In this document: positions 6,910 through 12,765 of the stretch, piece by piece
How positions within the stretch are numbered: the stretch's first letter is position 1
How the letters are laid out: every line of letters starts with the position of its first letter
Assembly: GCA_041288095.1 (NCBI GenBank)
Contig: JBGGMJ010000191.1
Span: forward strand, 1 to 12,765
DNA length: 12,765 nucleotides
Direction: 5' to 3'
DNA from: Myxococcota bacterium
GTDB lineage: Bacteria > Myxococcota > XYA12-FULL-58-9 > JALHOP01
Translations under genes and position numbers: made by a program
The notes under the pieces: generated by a model
Database searches by the model: none
What the model was told of the DNA's origin: nothing
What the model saw: the letters and a program-made list of their open reading frames with translations, nothing else

Positions 6910-8124
6910 TTAGCGGGCACCGTCGGCGAGCTCGGCGCTCGGGGGCGTCGGCGCCGCAGCCTGCTTGACAACCGTCACCTGGACGCCGTCGCGAAGGTCA
7001 TCGGTCACGGTGGCGACAACCCGCTCACCTGCCTCGACACCCTTCGCGACGGCGACCAAGCCGCCTGCGAGCTCGGGGCCCAGTTGAACCAGGCGCTCCT
7101 CGAGCTGTTGGCCTTTGCCAGCGTCACGGACCACGAAGATGCGGTAGGTCTCTCCGTCATCGCGGATGGCGGCTCGGGGCACCACGGGGGTTGGCACCTC
7201 TCCGAGCGTCACCTTGGCGATGGCGAAGTTACCTGGACGCAGCACACGGTCGTGATTGTCGATCACCGCCTCGACCACGAGGTCACGGGTCTCCATCCGC
7301 AATGACGGACCCACATACTTGATGACGCCGGCGAACGTCTGCTTGTCGTAGCCGGCGACGTCGAAGCGCACCGCCTGGCCGACCTGAACGTAGCGGGCGT
7401 CGGCCTCGGGCACGTTGAGCTCGAGGCGGAGTTGATCGAGCTCGACGAGCGAGACGATCTTGGTGTCACGGCCGACGTATTCGCCGTCGTCGACGTAACG
7501 CTGAGCGATCATGCCGGCGAAGGGTGCTCGCACCGTCGCGTCACCCAGCTGCTGCCCAGCAAGCCGAGCCCGCGCTATGGCGGCCTCCGCTTGTTTTCCC
7601 TGGGCGTTGCAGGTCGCCGTGAGCCGGTCGAACTCGGCGCTGCTGATGGCGTTGGTCGCGTAGAGCTTGCTCGCGCGCTCGCAATCACTGCGCGCCAGCG
7701 TCAAGGACGCCTCGGAAGCCGCGGCAGTCGCGCCGGCCTCCTGAGCGTTCAATGAAGCCGTGCGCGGATCGAGCCGCACCAACGCTTGGCCCTTCGCGAC
7801 TTGTTGCCCGCGCTCGACCATGGTCTCGACGACCTTGCCGGCCCAGTCGGCCGCGACCTCGGAGCTGCGGTTGCCGTTCAGCGTGCCGGTCAACGTGAGG
7901 TAGCGCGGGGTCGGTGCGGCCACGGCTTCGACCATCGTGACGGCCTTGGCTTCGCTCGTGCTCTCCTTGATCGTCGGCTCGTTGTGCCCGCCACCGCAAC
8001 CATAAAGTGTGAAGGCGGTGACAGCGGATGCCGCGATGATGACCGCGAGGTCACGCATCTGGCGGTGGCGTCCGAGCTTCGGCACGGGAGCGTAGGTGTT
8101 GAAGGCCGTCAGCGGGAACATCAT
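6910..8124 (-). CDS. Efflux RND periplasmic adaptor subunit (membrane fusion protein)
   Basis: Lipoyl half-motifs GKVVETMVERGQQVAKGQALVRLD and ATVRAPFAGMI flank a short helical hairpin. Also LRPGNF, VPRAAI and GVEAGERVV. Strong AAGGAG RBS before ATG ATG (8124/8121). Hydrophobic anchor VIIAASAVTAFTLYGC. An alternative start at 8058 would give a conventional lipoprotein signal. Confidence 0.94.
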   Translation of the reverse strand: MMFPLTAFNTYAPVPKLGRHRQMRDLAVIIAASAVTAFTLYGCGGGHNEPTIKESTSEAKAVTMVEAVAAPTPRYLTLTGTLNGNRSSEVAADWAGKVVETMVERGQQVAKGQALVRLDPRTASLNAQEAGATAAASEASLTLARSDCERASKLYATNAISSAEFDRLTATCNAQGKQAEAAIARARLAGQQLGDATVRAPFAGMIAQRYVDDGEYVGRDTKIVSLVELDQLRLELNVPEADARYVQVGQAVRFDVAGYDKQTFAGVIKYVGPSLRMETRDLVVEAVIDNHDRVLRPGNFAIAKVTLGEVPTPVVPRAAIRDDGETYRIFVVRDAGKGQQLEERLVQLGPELAGGLVAVAKGVEAGERVVATVTDDLRDGVQVTVVKQAAAPTPPSAELADGAR

Positions 8125-8153
8125 CGAGTCTCCTTGGGGTCGACGGCCCTTTT

Positions 8154-8170
8154 TGCACGGCGCGTACCAA
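8154..8170 (-). promoter_or_regulatory. Putative sigma54 (-24/-12) promoter for the MFP-RND operon
   Basis: Minus strand TTGGTACG-CGCC-GTGCA versus consensus YTGGCACG-N4-TTGCW, with exact GG-N10-GC spacing. Predicted +1 near 8143, just upstream of the AAGGAG RBS. Confidence 0.65.
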
Positions 8171-8223
8171 GTCGCGGTTCGCCACCCGGACCGCGAGAAC
8201 GCCCAAGGATTGGCGATTTACCG

Positions 8224-8310
8224 AGCGGACATTGACAAGGAGGGTGTCCGGACAGTTGTCCAGCGGACACCGTCGTGTCCGGGAAACGTGCGTGATGTGT
8301 CCGGCGAAAC
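8224..8310. promoter_or_regulatory. Cluster of (G)TGTCC(G)/(C)GGACA(C) direct and inverted repeats; putative enhancer (UAS) for a sigma54 activator
   Basis: CGGACA 8226-8231, GTGTCCG 8244-8250, palindrome TGTCCGGACA 8245-8254, TGTCC 8257-8261, CGGACAC 8264-8270, GTGTCCGggaaac from 8275, GTGTCCGgcgaaac from 8297 (22 bp after the previous one). That is seven half-sites in about 85 bp, lying between two sigma54 motifs. Confidence 0.6.
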
Positions 8311-8426
8311 CGTCGTCCTTGATCCCCGACGCGTAGCCCGCTAGAGCGCCCAGGCGTGGACGAGACGGCGTTTAGCTCCACGTACTGAGTGGTCCATTAG
8401 GGGCTCGACGAGGCGCGGCTCACGCG

Positions 8427-8443
8427 CTGGCACGAACCTTGGA
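8427..8443 (+). promoter_or_regulatory. Putative sigma54 (-24/-12) promoter for the TolC-ABC operon
   Basis: CTGGCACG-AACC-TTGGA: perfect -24 element and correct spacing, with one deviation at -12 (TTGG instead of TTGC). Predicted +1 near 8454, upstream of the AGGAG RBS (8464-8468). Confidence 0.6.
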
Positions 8444-8477
8444 GGGGCTGCAGCCGTCACCCCAGGAGAGTTGCCCG

Positions 8478-9941
8478 ATGCATCCCCGTTCGCTCGCCCT
8501 GATTGCAGTCTCGCTTAGCTTCACGACCCCTGCCTTCGCCGAGCCGCTGCGGTTGTTCGCGATTCAGACCGTCGCCCCCAAAGGCAGCGGCCAGCCAATC
8601 GCCAATCCCAACGCCGACGCCTTCAATAGCAAGGTCGAGGCGTTGTTCACGCCGGGCACCGGTCTCACCGCCGACGAGGCCGCCGCCAAGGCCACCAAGA
8701 CGAGCTACGACGCCTTGGCGCAGCGCGAGGAGATGTTGTCCGCGGAAGCGTTGCGGCAGCAAGCCAAGCACGGTTTCATTCCCACGCTCGCCCTGACCGC
8801 GAACTACACGCGCACGCGCACCATCACCAACCGCTTGGTGCAGACCGATCCAATCACCGGCACCGAACAAGCCCTGGTGCTGCCCTTCTTCCCCAACCAG
8901 TACAGCCTCGGCGCGAACCTCTCGATTCCCCTCTCCGATTACTTCCTACGCTTGCCGCAGAATCTCGCCGCGGCGAACCGCGGCCTCGACGCCGCGTCGC
9001 TAACCTCGCGCCACACCGAGCTCTCGACCGCCACCGGAGCGAAGGTCGCCTACTACGAATGGGCCCGCGCCAAGCTCCAGCACGTCGTTCGCGAGCAGGC
9101 GCTCGAGCAAGCCAAGGCGCAGGCGAAAGACGTGAAGGCCCAGTTCGACGCCGGCTCGTCGACCAACGCCGACGTCTTGCGCTTGGAGTCGAATGTCGCC
9201 ACCGCCGAGCTCAACCTCGAGCGCGCCAAGAACGCCGCCCAGCTCGCCGAGGAGCGGCTGCGCACGCAAATGCACGACGCGAGCCAGGGCAACTATCAGA
9301 TCGGCGAAGACGTGCGCGTCGATCTGCCGCAGATCGACAACGTGGGCGACATCACCACGCTCTGGCAGGAAGCGGAGCAGAAGCGCCTCGACCTCAAGGC
9401 CCTGTCGATGCAGGCGCAAGCCCAGCGCGAACGTGCGAGCGCCACCCGCGCCGATTACTACCCGCGCCTCACGGCTCAGGGAACGGCGCAATATCTGAGC
9501 CCCCTGCAGCAGCGTTTCCCCCAGACCGACGAGTGGGACTACTGGTGGACCGTCGGCGCTACGCTATCGTGGACGCCTACGGCCATCTTCGGTGCCCGCC
9601 AAGGCGCCGAGAGCCTCGAGCATCAAGCTTCGAAGATCGAAGCGCAGCGCAACTACGCGCGAGACAACGTTCATGTCTCGGTGCTCGACGCCTACCAGGC
9701 CTTGAACGTCGCCGCCGTCGCCATCGACACGACGACCCGCTCGCTCGCGTCCGCCGAAGAGTCGTACCGCGTGCGCCGCGCCCTCTTCCAGAACGGCCGC
9801 GCCACCACCGTCGAGGTCATCGACACCGAGACCGCGCTCACGAACGCCCGCAGCGAGGCGATGAACGCACGCATCGATCTACGCATCGCCCGCGCCCGGT
9901 TGATCAACGCCATCGGTCGGGACACTGACCAGCGCATGTAA
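8478..9941 (+). CDS. TolC-family outer membrane efflux protein (487 aa)
   Basis: AGGAG RBS then ATG 8478, preferred over the ORF-track TTG 8439, which falls inside the sigma54 motif. Sec signal MHPRSLALIAVSLSFTTPAFA. Two OEP repeats: FIPTLALTANY..AKVAYYE..QFDAGSSTNADVL and YYPRLTAQG..VLDAYQ..AEESYRVRRALFQNGRATTVEVIDTE..ARLINAIG. Confidence 0.93.
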   Translation: MHPRSLALIAVSLSFTTPAFAEPLRLFAIQTVAPKGSGQPIANPNADAFNSKVEALFTPGTGLTADEAAAKATKTSYDALAQREEMLSAEALRQQAKHGFIPTLALTANYTRTRTITNRLVQTDPITGTEQALVLPFFPNQYSLGANLSIPLSDYFLRLPQNLAAANRGLDAASLTSRHTELSTATGAKVAYYEWARAKLQHVVREQALEQAKAQAKDVKAQFDAGSSTNADVLRLESNVATAELNLERAKNAAQLAEERLRTQMHDASQGNYQIGEDVRVDLPQIDNVGDITTLWQEAEQKRLDLKALSMQAQAQRERASATRADYYPRLTAQGTAQYLSPLQQRFPQTDEWDYWWTVGATLSWTPTAIFGARQGAESLEHQASKIEAQRNYARDNVHVSVLDAYQALNVAAVAIDTTTRSLASAEESYRVRRALFQNGRATTVEVIDTETALTNARSEAMNARIDLRIARARLINAIGRDTDQRM

Positions 9942-9951
9942 GGTCCATCTC

Positions 9952-10650
9952 ATGATCAAAATGCAGGGGGTCAGGAAAGTTTACCGAAGCCACCTGCTGG
10001 CCATGGAGGCCTTGCGTGACTTCGACCTGACCATCGAGGACGGCGAGTTCGTCGCCATCATGGGCCCGTCGGGCTCGGGCAAGACGACGTTCCTCAACGT
10101 CGCCGGACTCCTCGATACCTTCGACGAAGGCACCTACGAGCTCGCCGGCGTCGACGTCGTGGGCTTGAAGGACGCGGACATGGCGAAGCTGCGCAACGAG
10201 AAGATCGGCTTCATCTTCCAGAGCTTCAACCTCATTCCCGACCTCGACGTCTTCGACAACATCGACGTGCCGCTCCGCTATCGCGGCATGCACGCGCGCG
10301 AGCGCACCGAACGTATCGAGCTCGCGCTCACCCGCGTCGGCCTCATCGCGCGCCGCCACAACCGCCCGTCCCAGCTCTCCGGCGGTCAGCAGCAGCGTGT
10401 CGGCATCGCCCGCGCCTTGGCCGGGTCGCCGCAGCTCATCCTCGCCGACGAGCCGACCGGCAACCTCGACTCGATCATGGCGCGGCAGATCATGGAGCTG
10501 CTGCAAGAGATCAACTCGCAAGGCACGACCATCGTCATGGTCACGCACGCGACCGAGCTGGCCGCGCGCGCACACCGCAAGCTGCACATCCTCGACGGCC
10601 GGGTCATCGACCCCTGGGCCAAGAAGCGCAGTGCTGGGGTGCTACCGTGA
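9952..10650 (+). CDS. ABC transporter ATP-binding protein, MacB/LolD/FtsE-like subfamily (232 aa)
   Basis: Walker A GPSGSGKT, Q-loop IGFIFQSFNL, signature LSGGQQQR, Walker B/D-loop ILADEPTGNLD, H-loop MVTH. Confidence 0.97.
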   Translation: MIKMQGVRKVYRSHLLAMEALRDFDLTIEDGEFVAIMGPSGSGKTTFLNVAGLLDTFDEGTYELAGVDVVGLKDADMAKLRNEKIGFIFQSFNLIPDLDVFDNIDVPLRYRGMHARERTERIELALTRVGLIARRHNRPSQLSGGQQQRVGIARALAGSPQLILADEPTGNLDSIMARQIMELLQEINSQGTTIVMVTHATELAARAHRKLHILDGRVIDPWAKKRSAGVLP

Positions 10651-11978
10651 ACCCCATCGGCCGTGCCCTGATGATGCTGGTGTATCACCTGCGTCACGCG
10701 GCGCGGAGCCTGTCGCGCACGCCGGGCTTCACCTTTGTCATGGAGCTGTCGCTGGGCCTGGGCGTCGCGCTCTGGACGGTGGCGCGCACCGCCATCGACT
10801 CGCAGGCGAACGTCACCATCGCCAAATCCGATCAAATCTACCTGGTGGAGATCCAGCGCGACATGCTGGTGCCGGTGCCGACGGAGAACCACGACCCGAA
10901 CAGCTTCTGGGACCATGTTCCGGGCATCATGCTCACCCACCGCGACGCCACCGCCATCGCGGCGCAAAGCGGACGCGCGCACACGGTCTCGTTCTTCTCG
11001 CCGCTGCTCGTGTCGAAGGCGGGCGGCCCAGCGTCGAACCTGCGGGTGCGCTTCACCACGTCGCCGATTTTCACCATGTTCGACCACGTCTTCACGGAAG
11101 GCGCGCCCTGGACGGACGACGACGAGGCGCAGGACCCGCAAGTCTGCGTCATCACGCAGCAGGTCGCCGAGCGCTGGTTCGGCAACGCGAGCGCCGTCGG
11201 TGCCGTTGTCCGTATCAGCGGACACGACTTTCGCGTGGTCGGCGTGGTGTACGACAGCCGCACGGAGCGCAAGCTCTACGACTTCACCGCGTTTCCGGAC
11301 ACCGACAGCATCTACGTGCCGCTCTCCGCCTGGGGCGTCATCAAGGCCCGGCCGGTGACCTACTACACGTGGGGCGGGCCCGCCGGGTCCTACGACGAGC
11401 TCACGAGCAGCGAGACCGGCTTCCTGCAGATGTTCGTCGAGCTCCCCAACGCCCGCGCCGTCCTCGACTACCAGAAGGTCCTCGCTGACTACGTCGCCGC
11501 GGAGCGCGAGACCAACCGCGCGCCCAAGATCGCGCGCCCGACGCTGCGTCCGCTCGAGCAGTGGGCGACCATGCTGACCGCGACGCCTTTCGTGCTCTTC
11601 CAGCTCTTCGGCGGTCTCGCCTTCGTCGCCTGCGTCTTCAATTTGGTCCGACTGCTGATCGCCAAGTTCTCGGCCCGAGCCAACGAGGTGGCGATCCGGC
11701 GAGCTCTCGGGGCGCCGCGCGGCACCATCTTCTTCCAGCATTTGCTCGAGGCGGAGCTCGTGTCTTGCGGTGGCGCGGTCTTGGGTCTGTTGCTCGCCAC
11801 GGGCGGCATCGCGATGTTGAACTCGCTCATCATCGATCGCCCGGTCGATTTCTCGCTCGATACGCGACGCGTTCTTCTCGCCGCCGCTTCCGCGGTGCTC
11901 GCGGGCCTCGTCGCCGGCATCTATCCGGCCTGGCGCATCTGCAACACGCAGCCGGCGTCCGTCTTGAGGCGGCAATGA
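10647..11978 (+). CDS. ABC transporter permease, MacB/FtsX family (443 aa)
   Basis: GTGA overlap with the ATPase stop. N-terminal LRHAARSLSRTPGFT followed by TM1. Periplasmic core with VCVITQQVAERWFG..AVGAVVRISGHDFRVVGV. C-terminal FtsX motifs RANEVAIRRALGA..IFFQHLLE and GIYPAWR..QPASVLR. Confidence 0.93.
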   Translation: MNPIGRALMMLVYHLRHAARSLSRTPGFTFVMELSLGLGVALWTVARTAIDSQANVTIAKSDQIYLVEIQRDMLVPVPTENHDPNSFWDHVPGIMLTHRDATAIAAQSGRAHTVSFFSPLLVSKAGGPASNLRVRFTTSPIFTMFDHVFTEGAPWTDDDEAQDPQVCVITQQVAERWFGNASAVGAVVRISGHDFRVVGVVYDSRTERKLYDFTAFPDTDSIYVPLSAWGVIKARPVTYYTWGGPAGSYDELTSSETGFLQMFVELPNARAVLDYQKVLADYVAAERETNRAPKIARPTLRPLEQWATMLTATPFVLFQLFGGLAFVACVFNLVRLLIAKFSARANEVAIRRALGAPRGTIFFQHLLEAELVSCGGAVLGLLLATGGIAMLNSLIIDRPVDFSLDTRRVLLAAASAVLAGLVAGIYPAWRICNTQPASVLRRQ

Positions 11979-12765
11979 GCGGCCACTACGGTCCCATGCT
12001 GCGCGCGCTCGCGGTCAATCGCCGCGACTACCGTGTGCTCGTGTTCGCTACAGCGGTCGGCTACACGGTCGTCGTCCAGGCCTTGGCATTCGCGTCCGTG
12101 TTCTGGAGAGATCTCGCGTCCGACTACGGCATCGATCCCGACCGCGTCGTCGTCGCCCAGCTCGAGCCCAGCAGGGAAAACGCGGCGCCTGCCGACGAGG
12201 TGAAGAGCGCGGTCCTTGCGGTCCCTGGCGTCGAAAGCTTCGCGTGGATTGCGCGGCGTCCCTTCCGTTTCACCGAGTTCGGCGAGCCGGTGGCCCCCAT
12301 CGACGACAGCTCGCATGCGCGGCTCGCCTGGCCCTCGATTGGTGACGAGCACCTGTTGCAGACGCTGGGCCTTCCGCTGATCGCGGGCCGCAACTACACG
12401 CCGATGCGCGCCGAAGCCGGCGCCGACGTCGAAGCCGTCGTCAGCAAATCGCTGGCATCGTTTCTCTCGGGCAAGCCCGAGCCCGAGGACGCGGTTGGGC
12501 TGCGCTTTCTCCACGGCATCGACGACCGGGTGATGCGCATCGTCGGGGTCGTCGACGACGTCTCGGTGCATACGAGCTGGGTGCCCGACGTCCACAACAT
12601 CTTGTTCACGTATTCACCGGTGATCACCGCGCCGCGGCACTTCGCCCTGGTGCGTGTCGCGAGCGCCGACCCAGCGACCATCGACAACCTCGCCGAGGCC
12701 GTCCGCGGCCGCGGACATTGGGTCGAGCTCATGAGCCTGCGAAGCTTGCGGGCTTCGACGAGCGC
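11975..12765 (+). CDS. Second MacB/FtsX-family ABC permease, 5' part; runs off the right edge of the window
   Basis: Not in the ORF track because there is no stop in the window. ATG 11975 overlaps the previous stop (ATGA) and the frame is open for 263 codons: MSGHYGPMLRALAVNRRDYRVLVFATAVGYTVVVQALAF..YGIDPDRVVV..LAVPGVES..LLQTLGLPLIAGRNY..AVVSKSLA..DAVG..MRIVGVVDDV. These are typical MacB periplasmic-core motifs. Confidence 0.88.
   Translation, partial: MSGHYGPMLRALAVNRRDYRVLVFATAVGYTVVVQALAFASVFWRDLASDYGIDPDRVVVAQLEPSRENAAPADEVKSAVLAVPGVESFAWIARRPFRFTEFGEPVAPIDDSSHARLAWPSIGDEHLLQTLGLPLIAGRNYTPMRAEAGADVEAVVSKSLASFLSGKPEPEDAVGLRFLHGIDDRVMRIVGVVDDVSVHTSWVPDVHNILFTYSPVITAPRHFALVRVASADPATIDNLAEAVRGRGHWVELMSLRSLRASTS

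Noticed and set aside
8232..8260. Perfect TTGACA (-35) at 8232-8237
   Set aside because: No -10-like hexamer 16-18 nt downstream (GTTGTC), and it is far from the tolC start. The sigma54 motifs explain the region better.
8224..8310. Repeat cluster as a mini-CRISPR or transposon end
   Set aside because: Units are only 5-8 bp, in mixed orientation with irregular spacing. No cas or transposase genes.
8121..8381. Small ORFs in the divergent intergenic region (8121-8381 minus, 8096-8344 plus)
   Set aside because: They overlap the promoter and enhancer motifs, have no convincing RBS and show no protein-like features.
8382..8399. GTACTGAGTGGTCCATTA as a TetR-type operator
   Set aside because: Palindromy is weak and no TetR gene is in the window.

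Overview
GC-rich bacterial DNA. The gene style and a Myxococcus-like SOS box suggest Myxococcota/Deltaproteobacteria, but that is inference only. The window holds three modules. (1) Minus strand, 1-3108: an MrfA/YprA-type DUF1998 SF2 helicase overlapping (TGATG) the start of an MrfB/YprB-type DEDD exonuclease. The exonuclease runs off the left edge and is missing from the ORF track. Upstream is a candidate sigma70 promoter overlapped by a LexA-like operator, which predicts a leaderless mRNA. (2) Minus strand, 3117-3479: a small type-1 (blue) copper cupredoxin lipoprotein. (3) 3646-12765: a divergent export locus. The minus arm encodes a periplasmic adaptor (MFP) and an HAE1-type RND pump with no outer-membrane factor. 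The plus arm encodes a TolC-family protein, a MacB/LolD-type ATPase and two MacB/FtsX-type permeases, with no MFP in view; the second permease is partial and missing from the ORF track. The 353-bp gap between the arms holds two outward-facing sigma54-type -24/-12 motifs around a cluster of TGTCCG/CGGACA repeats that look like a shared enhancer. All protein families are known. The most interesting signals are regulatory and architectural: a complementary split RND/ABC exporter apparently under one bidirectional enhancer, and an SOS-boxed leaderless mrfAB. I see no CRISPR array, RNA gene or mobile element, and I cannot claim a wholly new system from sequence alone.
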